Positions 23,701 to 35,700 of a stretch of DNA of 64,000 nt are shown here, one piece after another. Below the pieces are notes generated by a model that saw only the letters and a program-made list of their open reading frames with translations, did no database searches and had not been told where the DNA came from. Position 1 is the first letter of the stretch. Each line of letters opens with the position of its first letter. Source of the DNA: the human T2T-CHM13v2.0 reference genome, Homo sapiens. Made by a program: the position numbers and the translations under genes. Location of the stretch: the NCBI RefSeq assembly GCF_009914755.1, contig NC_060942.1. One strand, written 5' to 3'.

Positions 23701-26700
23701 TGTTGGAAAAGGAAATATCTTCCCATAACAACTAGACAGAAGCATTCTCAGAAACTTATTTGAGATGTGTGTACTCAACTAAGAGAATTGAACCACCGTT
23801 TTGAAGGAGCAGTTTTGAAACACTCTTTTTCTGGAATCTGCAAGTGGATATTTGGCTAGCTTTGGGGATTTCGCTGGAAGCGGGAATACATATAAAAAGC
23901 ACACAGCAGCGTTCTGAGAAACTGCTTTCTGATGTTTGCATTCAAGTCAAAAGTTGAACACTCCCTTTCATAGAGCAGTCCTGAAACACTCCTTTTGTAG
24001 TATCTGGAACTGGACTTTTGGAGCGCTTTCAGGGCTAAGGTGAAAAAGGAAATATCTTCCCATAAAAACTGGACAGAAGCATTCTCAGAAACTTGTTTAT
24101 GCTGTATCTACTCAACTAACAAAGTTGAACCTTTCTTTTGATAGAGCAGTTTTGAAATGCTCTTTTTGTGGAATCTGCAAGTGGATATTTGGCTAGTTTT
24201 GAGGATTTCGTTGGAAGCGGGAATTCATAAAAATTGCAGACTGCAGCGTTCTGAGAAACATCTTTGTGATGTTTGTATTCAGGACACAGAGTTGAACATT
24301 CCCTATCATAGAGCAGGTTGGAATCACTCCTTTTGTAGTATCTGGAAGTGGACATTTCGAGCGCTTTCAGGCCTATGTTGAAAAAGGAAATATCTTCCCA
24401 TAACAACTAGACACAAGCATTCTCAGAAACTTGTTTGTGATGTGTGCCCTCTACTGACAGAGTTGAACCTTTCTTTTCATAGAGCAGTTTTGAAACACTC
24501 TTTTTGTAGAATCTGCAAGAGGATATTTGCATAGCTTTGAGGATTTCGTGGGAAACGGGACTGTCTTCAGGTAAAATCTAGACAGAAGCATTCTCAGAAA
24601 CTTCTTTGGGATATTTGCATTCAAGTCACAGAGCAGAACATTCCCTTTGGTAGAGCAGGTTTGAAACACTCTTTTTGTAGTATCTGGAAGTGGACATTTG
24701 GAGCGCTTTCAGGCCTATGTTGGAAAGGGAAATATCTTCCCGTAACAACTAGGCAGAAGCATTCTCAGAAACTTATTTGAGATGTGTGTACTCAACTAAG
24801 AGAATTGAACCACCGTTTTGAAGGAGCAGTTTTGAAACACTCTTTTTCTGGAATCTGCAAGAGGATATTTGCCTAGCCTTGAGGATTTCGTTGGAAACGG
24901 GATTGTCTTCAGATCAAATCTAGACAGAAGCATTCTCAGAAACTTCTTTGGGATGTTTGCATTCAAGTCACAGAGTAGAACATTCCCTTTGGTAGAGCAG
25001 GTTTGAAACACTCTTTTTTTAGTATATGGAAGTGGACATTTGGAGCGCTTTCAGGCCTACGTTGGAAAAGGAAATATCTTCCCATAACAACTAGACAGAA
25101 GCATTCTCAGAAACTAGTTTCTGAGGTGTGTCCTCAACTAACACAGTTGAACATTTCTTTAGACAGAACAGTTTTGAAACACTCTTTTTGTGGAATCTGC
25201 AAGTGGCTATTTGGCTAGATTTGAGGATTTCGTTGGAAACGGGATTACATATAAAAAGCAGACAGCAGCATTCTCAGAAAGTTCTTTGTGATGATTGCAT
25301 TCAAGTCACAGAATTGAACATTCCCTTTCACAGAGCAGGTTTGAAACACTCTTTTTGTAGTGTGTGTAAGTGGACATTTGGAGCACTTTCCGGCCTAAGG
25401 TGAAAAAGGAAATATCTTCCCATAAAAACTAGACAGAAGCATTCTCAGAAACTTACTCGTGATGTGTGTCCTCAACTAAAGGAGTAGAACCTTTCTTTTC
25501 ATAGAGAAGTTTTGAAACGCTCTTTTTGTGGAATCTGCAAGTGGATATTTGGCTAGTTTTGAGGATTTCGTTGGAAGCGGGAATTCATACAAATTGCAGA
25601 CTGCAGCGTTCTGAGAAACATCTTTGTGATGTTTGTATTCAGGACACAGAGTTGAACATTCCCTATCATAGAGCAGGTTTGAATCACTCCTTTTGTAGTA
25701 TCTGGAAGTGGACATTTGGAGCGCTTTCAGGCCTATGTTGGAAAAGGAAATATCTTCCCATAACAACTAGACAGAAGCATTCTCAGAAACTTATTTGAGA
25801 TGTGTGTACTCAACTAAGAGAATTGAACCACCGTTTTGAAGGAGCAGTTTTGAAACACTCTTTTTCTGGAATCTGCAAGTGGATATTTGGCTAGCTTTGG
25901 GGATTTCGCTGGAAGCGGGAATACATATAAAAAGCACACAGCAGCGTTCTGAGAAACTGCTTTCTGATGTTTGCATTCAAGTCAAAAGTTGAACACTCCC
26001 TTTCATAGAGCAGTCTTGAAACACCCCTTTTGTAGTTTCTGGAACTGGACTTTTGGAGCGCTTTCAGGGCTAAGGTGAAAAAGGAAATATCTTCCCATAA
26101 AAACTGGACAGAAGCATTCTCAGAAACTTGTTTATGCTGTATCTACTCAACTAACAAAGTTGAACCTTTCTTTTGATAGAGCAGTTTTGAAATGCTCTTT
26201 TTGTGGAATCTGCAAGTGGATATTTGGCTAGTTTTGAGGATTTCGTTGGAAGCGGGAATTCATACAAATTGCAGACCGCAGCGTTCTGAGAAACATCTTT
26301 GTGATGTTTGTATTCAGGACAGAGAGTTGAACATTCCCTATCATAGAGCAGGTTGGAATCACTCCTTTTGTAGTATCTGGAAGTGGACATTTGGAGCGCT
26401 TTCAGGCCTATGTTGAAAAAGGAAATATCTTCCCATAACAACTAGACACAAGCATTCTCAGAAACTTGTTTGTGATGTGTGCCCTCTACTGACAGAGTTG
26501 AACCTTTCTTTTCATAGAGCAGTTTTGAAACACTCTTTTTGTAGAATCTGCAAGAGGATATTTGCATAGCTTTGAGGATTTCGTGGGAAACGGGATTGTC
26601 TTCAGGTAAAATCTAGACAGAAGCATTCTCAGAAACTTCTTTGGGATGTTTGCATTCAAGTCACAGAGCAGAACATTCCCTTTGGTAGAGCAGGTTTGAA

Positions 26701-29700
26701 ACACTCTTTTTGTAGTATCTGGAAGTGGACATTTGGAGCGCTTTCAGGCCTATGTTGGAAAGGGAAATATCTTCCCGTAACAACTAGGCAGAAGCATTCT
26801 CAGAAACTTATTTGAGATGTGTGTACTCAACTAAGAGAATTGAACCACCGTTTTGAAGGAGCAGTTTTGAAACACTCTTTTTCTGGAATCTGCAAGAGGA
26901 TATTTGCCTAGCCTTGAGGATTTCGTTGGAAACGGGATTGTCTTCAGATCAAATCTAGACAGAAGCATTCTCAGAAACTTCTTTGGGATGTTTGCATTCA
27001 AGTCACAGAGTAGAACATTCCCTTTGGTAGAGCAGGTTTGAAACACTCTTTTTTTAGTATATGGAAGTGGACATTTGGAGCGCTTTCAGGCCTACGTTGG
27101 AAAAGGAAATATCTTCCCATAACAACTAGACAGAAGCATTCTCAGAAACTAGTTTCTGATGTGTGTCCTCAACTAACACAGTTGAACATTTCTTTAGACA
27201 GAACAGTTTTGAAACACTCTTTTTGTGGAATCTGCAAGTGGCTATTTGGCTAGATTTGAGGATTTCGTTGGAAACGGGATTACATATAAAAAGCAGACAG
27301 CAGCATTCTCAGAAAGTTCTTTGTGATGATTGCATTCAAGTCACAGAATTGAACATTCCCTTTCACAGAGCAGGTTTGAAACACTCTTTTTGTAGTGTGT
27401 GTAAGTGGACATTTGGAGCACTTTCCGGCCTAAGGTGAAAAAGGAAATATCTTCCCATAAAAACTAGACAGAAGCATTCTCAGAAACTTACTCGTGATGT
27501 GTGTCCTCAACTAAAGGAGTAGAACCTTTCTTTTCATAGAGAAGTTTTGAAACGCTCTTTTTGTGGAATCTGCAAGTGGATATTTGGCTAGTTTTGAGGA
27601 TTTCGTTGGAAGCGGGAATTCATACAAATTGCAGACTGCAGCGTTCTGAGAAACATCTTTGTGATGTTTGTATTCAGGACACAGAGTTGAACATTCCCTA
27701 TCATAGAGCAGGTTTGAATCACTCCTTTTGTAGTATCTGGAAGTGGACATTTGGAGCGCTTTCAGGCCTATGTTGGAAAAGGAAATATCTTCCCATAACA
27801 ACTAGACAGAAGCATTCTCAGAAACTTATTTGAGATGTGTGTACTCAACTAAGAGAATTGAACCACCGTTTTGAAGGAGCAGTTTTGAAACACTCTTTTT
27901 CTGGAATCTGCAAGTGGATATTTGGCTAGCTTTGGGGATTTCGCTGGAAGCGGGAATACATATAAAAAGCACACAGCAGCGTTCTGAGAAACTGCTTTCT
28001 GATGTTTGCATTCAAGTCAAAAGTTGAACACTCCCTTTCATAGAGCAGTCCTGAAACACTCCTTTTGTAGTATCTGGAACTGGACTTTTGGAGCGCTTTC
28101 AGGGCTAAGGTGAAAAAGGAAATATCTTCCCATAAAAACTGGACAGAAGCATTCTCAGAAACTTGTTTATGCTGTATCTACTCAACTAACAAAGTTGAAC
28201 CTTTCTTTTGATAGAGCAGTTTTGAAATGCTCTTTTTGTGGAATCTGCAAGTGGATATTTGGCTAGTTTTGAGGATTTCGTTGGAAGCGGGAATTCATAC
28301 AAATTGCAGACTGCAGCGTTCTGAGAAACATCTTTGTGATGTTTGTATTCAGGACAGAGAGTTGAACATTCCCTATCATAGAGCAGGTTGGAATCACTCC
28401 TTTTGTAGTATCTGGAAGTGGACATTTGGAGCGCTTTCAGGCCTATGTTGAAAAAGGAAATATCTTCCCATAACAACTAGACACAAGCATTCTCAGAAAC
28501 TTGTTTGTGATGTGTGCCCTCTACTGACAGAGTTGAACCTTTCTTTTCATAGAGCAGTTTTGAAACACTCTTTTTGTAGAATCTGCAAGAGGATATTTGC
28601 ATAGCTTTGAGGATTTCGTGGGAAACGGGATTGTCTTCAGGTAAAATCTAGACAGAAGCATTCTCAGAAACTTCTTTGGGATGTTTGCATTCAAGTCACA
28701 GAGCAGAACATTCCCTTTGGTAGAGCAGGTTTGAAACACTCTTTTTGTAGTATCTGGAAGTGGACATTTGGAGCGCTTTCAGGCCTATGTTGGAAAGGGA
28801 AATATCTTCCCGTAACAACTAGGCAGAAGCATTCTCAGAAACTTATTTGAGATGTGTGTACTCAACTAAGAGAATTGAACCACCGTTTTGAAGGAGCAGT
28901 TTTGAAACACTCTTTTTCTGGAATCTGCAAGAGGATATTTGCCTAGCCTTGAGGATTTCGTTGGAAACGGGATTGTCTTCAGATCAAATCTAGACAGAAG
29001 CATTCTCAGAAACTTCTTTGGGATGTTTGCATTCAAGTCACAGAGTAGAACATTCCCTTTGGTAGAGCAGGTTTGAAACACTCTTTTTTTAGTATATGGA
29101 AGTGGACATTTGGAGCGCTTTCAGGCCTACGTTGGAAAAGGAAATATCTTCCCATAACAACTAGACAGAAGCATTCTCAGAAACTAGTTTCTGATGTGTG
29201 TCCTCAACTAACACAGTTGAACATTTCTTTAGACAGAACAGTTTTGAAACACTCTTTTTGTGGAATCTGCAAGTGGCTATTTGGCTAGATTTGAGGATTT
29301 CGTTGGAAACGGGATTACATATAAAAAGCAGACAGCAGCATTCTCAGAAAGTTCTTTGTGATGATTGCATTCAAGTCACAGAATTGAACATTCCCTTTCA
29401 CAGAGCAGGTTTGAAACACTCTTTTTGTAGTGTGTGTAAGTGGACATTTGGAGCACTTTCCGGCCTAAGGTGAAAAAGGAAATATCTTCCCATAAAAACT
29501 AGACAGAAGCATTCTCAGAAACTTACTCGTGATGTGTGTCCTCAACTAAAGGAGTAGAACCTTTCTTTTCATAGAGAAGTTTTGAAACGCTCTTTTTGTG
29601 GAATCTGCAAGTGGATATTTGGCTAGTTTTGAGGATTTCGTTGGAAGCGGGAATTCATACAAATTGCAGACTGCAGCGTTCTGAGAAACATCTTTGTGAT

Positions 29701-32700
29701 GTTTGTATTCAGGACACAGAGTTGAACATTCCCTATCATAGAGCAGGTTTGAATCACTCCTTTTGTAGTATCTGGAAGTGGACATTTGGAGCGCTTTCAG
29801 GCCTATGTTGGAAAAGGAAATATCTTCCCATAACAACTAGACAGAAGCATTCTCAGAAACTTATTTGAGATGTGTGTACTCAACTAAGAGAATTGAACCA
29901 CCGTTTTGAAGGAGCAGTTTTGAAACACTCTTTTTCTGGAATCTGCAAGTGGATATTTGGCTAGCTTTGGGGATTTCGCTGGAAGCGGGAATACATATAA
30001 AAAGCACACAGCAGCGTTCTGAGAAACTGCTTTCTGATGTTTGCATTCAAGTCAAAAGTTGAACACTCCCTTTCATAGAGCAGTCCTGAAACACTCCTTT
30101 TGTAGTATCTGGAACTGGACTTTTGGAGCGCTTTCAGGGCTAAGGTGAAAAAGGAAATATCTTCCCATAAAAACTGGACAGAAGCATTCTCAGAAACTTG
30201 TTTATGCTGTATCTACTCAACTAACAAAGTTGAACCTTTCTTTTGATAGAGCAGTTTTGAAATGCTCTTTTTGTGGAATCTGCAAGTGGATATTTGGCTA
30301 GTTTTGAGGATTTCGTTGGAAGCGGGAATTCATACAAATTGCAGACTGCAGCGTTCTGAGAAACATCTTTGTGATGTTTGTATTCAGGACAGAGAGTTGA
30401 ACATTCCCTATCATAGAGCAGGTTGGAATCACTCCTTTTGTAGTATCTGGAAGTGGACATTTGGAGCGCTTTCAGGCCTATGTTGAAAAAGGAAATATCT
30501 TCCCATAACAACTAGACACAAGCATTCTCAGAAACTTGTTTGTGATGTGTGCCCTCTACTGACAGAGTTGAACCTTTCTTTTCATAGAGCAGTTTTGAAA
30601 CACTCTTTTTGTAGAATCTGCAAGAGGATATTTGCATAGCTTTGAGGATTTCGTGGGAAACGGGATTGTCTTCAGGTAAAATCTAGACAGAAGCATTCTC
30701 AGAAACTTCTTTGGGATGTTTGCATTCAAGTCACAGAGCAGAACATTCCCTTTGGTAGAGCAGGTTTGAAACACTCTTTTTGTAGTATCTGGAAGTGGAC
30801 ATTTGGAGCGCTTTCAGGCCTATGTTGGAAAGGGAAATATCTTCCCGTAACAACTAGGCAGAAGCATTCTCAGAAACTTATTTGAGATGTGTGTACTCAA
30901 CTAAGAGAATTGAACCACCGTTTTGAAGGAGCAGTTTTGAAACACTCTTTTTCTGGAATCTGCAAGAGGATATTTGCCTAGCCTTGAGGATTTCGTTGGA
31001 AACGGGATTGTCTTCAGATCAAATCTAGACAGAAGCATTCTCAGAAACTTCTTTGGGATGTTTGCATTCAAGTCACAGAGTAGAACATTCCCTTTGGTAG
31101 AGCAGGTTTGAAACACTCTTTTTTTAGTATATGGAAGTGGACATTTGGAGCGCTTTCAGGCCTACGTTGGAAAAGGAAATATCTTCCCATAACAACTAGA
31201 CAGAAGCATTCTCAGAAACTAGTTTCTGATGTGTGTCCTCAACTAACACAGTTGAACATTTCTTTAGACAGAACAGTTTTGAAACACTCTTTTTGTGGAA
31301 TCTGCAAGTGGCTATTTGGCTAGATTTGAGGATTTCGTTGGAAACGGGATTACATATAAAAAGCAGACAGCAGCATTCTCAGAAAGTTCTTTGTGATGAT
31401 TGCATTCAAGTCACAGAATTGAACATTCCCTTTCACAGAGCAGGTTTGAAACACTCTTTTTGTAGTGTGTGTAAGTGGACATTTGGAGCACTTTCCGGCC
31501 TAAGGTGAAAAAGGAAATATCTTCCCATAAAAACTAGACAGAAGCATTCTCAGAAACTTACTCGTGATGTGTGTCCTCAACTAAAGGAGTAGAACCTTTC
31601 TTTTCATAGAGAAGTTTTGAAACGCTCTTTTTGTGGAATCTGCAAGTGGATATTTGGCTAGTTTTGAGGATTTCGTTGGAAGCGGGAATTCATACAAATT
31701 GCAGACTGCAGCGTTCTGAGAAACATCTTTGTGATGTTTGTATTCAGGACACAGAGTTGAACATTCCCTATCATAGAGCAGGTTTGAATCACTCCTTTTG
31801 TAGTATCTGGAAGTGGACATTTGGAGCGCTTTCAGGCCTATGTTGGAAAAGGAAATATCTTCCCATAACAACTAGACAGAAGCATTCTCAGAAACTTATT
31901 TGAGATGTGTGTACTCAACTAAGAGAATTGAACCACCGTTTTGAAGGAGCAGTTTTGAAACACTCTTTTTCTGGAATCTGCAAGTGGATATTTGGCTAGC
32001 TTTGGGGATTTCGCTGGAAGCGGGAATACATATAAAAAGCACACAGCAGCGTTCTGAGAAACTGCTTTCTGATGTTTGCATTCAAGTCAAAAGTTGAACA
32101 CTCCCTTTCATAGAGCAGTCCTGAAACACTCCTTTTGTAGTATCTGGAACTGGACTTTTGGAGCGCTTTCAGGGCTAAGGTGAAAAAGGAAATATCTTCC
32201 CATAAAAACTGGACAGAAGCATTCTCAGAAACTTGTTTATGCTGTATCTACTCAACTAACAAAGTTGAACCTTTCTTTTGATAGAGCAGTTTTGAAATGC
32301 TCTTTTTGTGGAATCTGCAAGTGGATATTTGGCTAGTTTTGAGGATTTCGTTGGAAGCGGGAATTCATACAAATTGCAGACTGCAGCGTTCTGAGAAACA
32401 TCTTTGTGATGTTTGTATTCAGGACAGAGAGTTGAACATTCCCTATCATAGAGCAGGTTGGAATCACTCCTTTTGTAGTATCTGGAAGTGGACATTTGGA
32501 GCGCTTTCAGGCCTATGTTGAAAAAGGAAATATCTTCCCATAACAACTAGACACAAGCATTCTCAGAAACTTGTTTGTGATGTGTGCCCTCTACTGACAG
32601 AGTTGAACCTTTCTTTTCATAGAGCAGTTTTGAAACACTCTTTTTGTAGAATCTGCAAGAGGATATTTGCATAGCTTTGAGGATTTCGTGGGAAACGGGA

Positions 32701-35700
32701 TTGTCTTCAGGTAAAATCTAGACAGAAGCATTCTCAGAAACTTCTTTGGGATGTTTGCATTCAAGTCACAGAGCAGAACATTCCCTTTGGTAGAGCAGGT
32801 TTGAAACACTCTTTTTGTAGTATCTGGAAGTGGACATTTGGAGCGCTTTCAGGCCTATGTTGGAAAGGGAAATATCTTCCCGTAACAACTAGGCAGAAGC
32901 ATTCTCAGAAACTTATTTGAGATGTGTGTACTCAACTAAGAGAATTGAACCACCGTTTTGAAGGAGCAGTTTTGAAACACTCTTTTTCTGGAATCTGCAA
33001 GAGGATATTTGCCTAGCCTTGAGGATTTCGTTGGAAACGGGATTGTCTTCAGATCAAATCTAGACAGAAGCATTCTCAGAAACTTCTTTGGGATGTTTGC
33101 ATTCAAGTCACAGAGTAGAACATTCCCTTTGGTAGAGCAGGTTTGAAACACTCTTTTTTTAGTATATGGAAGTGGACATTTGGAGCGCTTTCAGGCCTAC
33201 GTTGGAAAAGGAAATATCTTCCCATAACAACTAGACAGAAGCATTCTCAGAAACTAGTTTCTGATGTGTGTCCTCAACTAACACAGTTGAACATTTCTTT
33301 AGACAGAACAGTTTTGAAACACTCTTTTTGTGGAATCTGCAAGTGGCTATTTGGCTAGATTTGAGGATTTCGTTGGAAACGGGATTACATATAAAAAGCA
33401 GACAGCAGCATTCTCAGAAAGTTCTTTGTGATGATTGCATTCAAGTCACAGAATTGAACATTCCCTTTCACAGAGCAGGTTTGAAACACTCTTTTTGTAG
33501 TGTGTGTAAGTGGACATTTGGAGCACTTTCCGGCCTAAGGTGAAAAAGGAAATATCTTCCCATAAAAACTAGACAGAAGCATTCTCAGAAACTTACTCGT
33601 GATGTGTGTCCTCAACTAAAGGAGTAGAACCTTTCTTTTCATAGAGAAGTTTTGAAACGCTCTTTTTGTGGAATCTGCAAGTGGATATTTGGCTAGTTTT
33701 GAGGATTTCGTTGGAAGCGGGAATTCATACAAATTGCAGACTGCAGCGTTCTGAGAAACATCTTTGTGATGTTTGTATTCAGGACACAGAGTTGAACATT
33801 CCCTATCATAGAGCAGGTTTGAATCACTCCTTTTGTAGTATCTGGAAGTGGACATTTGGAGCGCTTTCAGGCCTATGTTGGAAAAGGAAATATCTTCCCA
33901 TAACAACTAGACAGAAGCATTCTCAGAAACTTATTTGAGATGTGTGTACTCAACTAAGAGAATTGAACCACCGTTTTGAAGGAGCAGTTTTGAAACACTC
34001 TTTTTCTGGAATCTGCAAGTGGATATTTGGCTAGCTTTGGGGATTTCGCTGGAAGCGGGAATACATATAAAAAGCACACAGCAGCGTTCTGAGAAACTGC
34101 TTTCTGATGTTTGCATTCAAGTCAAAAGTTGAACACTCCCTTTCATAGAGCAGTCCTGAAACACTCCTTTTGTAGTATCTGGAACTGGACTTTTGGAGCG
34201 CTTTCAGGGCTAAGGTGAAAAAGGAAATATCTTCCCATAAAAACTGGACAGAAGCATTCTCAGAAACTTGTTTATGCTGTATCTACTCAACTAACAAAGT
34301 TGAACCTTTCTTTTGATAGAGCAGTTTTGAAATGCTCTTTTTGTGGAATCTGCAAGTGGATATTTGGCTAGTTTTGAGGATTTCGTTGGAAGCGGGAATT
34401 CATACAAATTGCAGACTGCAGCGTTCTGAGAAACATCTTTGTGATGTTTGTATTCAGGACAGAGAGTTGAACATTCCCTATCATAGAGCAGGTTGGAATC
34501 ACTCCTTTTGTAGTATCTGGAAGTGGACATTTGGAGCGCTTTCAGGCCTATGTTGAAAAAGGAAATATCTTCCCATAACAACTAGACACAAGCATTCTCA
34601 GAAACTTGTTTGTGATGTGTGCCCTCTACTGACAGAGTTGAACCTTTCTTTTCATAGAGCAGTTTTGAAACACTCTTTTTGTAGAATCTGCAAGAGGATA
34701 TTTGCATAGCTTTGAGGATTTCGTGGGAAACGGGATTGTCTTCAGGTAAAATCTAGACAGAAGCATTCTCAGAAACTTCTTTGGGATGTTTGCATTCAAG
34801 TCACAGAGCAGAACATTCCCTTTGGTAGAGCAGGTTTGAAACACTCTTTTTGTAGTATCTGGAAGTGGACATTTGGAGCGCTTTCAGGCCTATGTTGGAA
34901 AGGGAAATATCTTCCCGTAACAACTAGGCAGAAGCATTCTCAGAAACTTATTTGAGATGTGTGTACTCAACTAAGAGAATTGAACCACCGTTTTGAAGGA
35001 GCAGTTTTGAAACACTCTTTTTCTGGAATCTGCAAGAGGATATTTGCCTAGCCTTGAGGATTTCGTTGGAAACGGGATTGTCTTCAGATCAAATCTAGAC
35101 AGAAGCATTCTCAGAAACTTCTTTGGGATGTTTGCATTCAAGTCACAGAGTAGAACATTCCCTTTGGTAGAGCAGGTGTGAAACACTCTTTTTTTAGTAT
35201 ATGGAAGTGGACATTTGGAGCGCTTTCAGGCCTACGTTGGAAAAGGAAATATCTTCCCATAACAACTAGACAGAAGCATTCTCAGAAACTAGTTTCTGAT
35301 GTGTGTCCTCAACTAACACAGTTGAACATTTCTTTAGACAGAACAGTTTTGAAACACTCTTTTTGTGGAATCTGCAAGTGGCTATTTGGCTAGATTTGAG
35401 GATTTCGTTGGAAACGGGATTACATATAAAAAGCAGACAGCAGCATTCTCAGAAAGTTCTTTGTGATGATTGCATTCAAGTCACAGAATTGAACATTCCC
35501 TTTCACAGAGCAGGTTTGAAACACTCTTTTTGTAGTGTGTGTAAGTGGACATTTGGAGCACTTTCCGGCCTAAGGTGAAAAAGGAAATATCTTCCCATAA
35601 AAACTAGACAGAAGCATTCTCAGAAACTTACTCGTGATGTGTGTCCTCAACTAAAGGAGTAGAACCTTTCTTTTCATAGAGAAGTTTTGAAACGCTCTTT

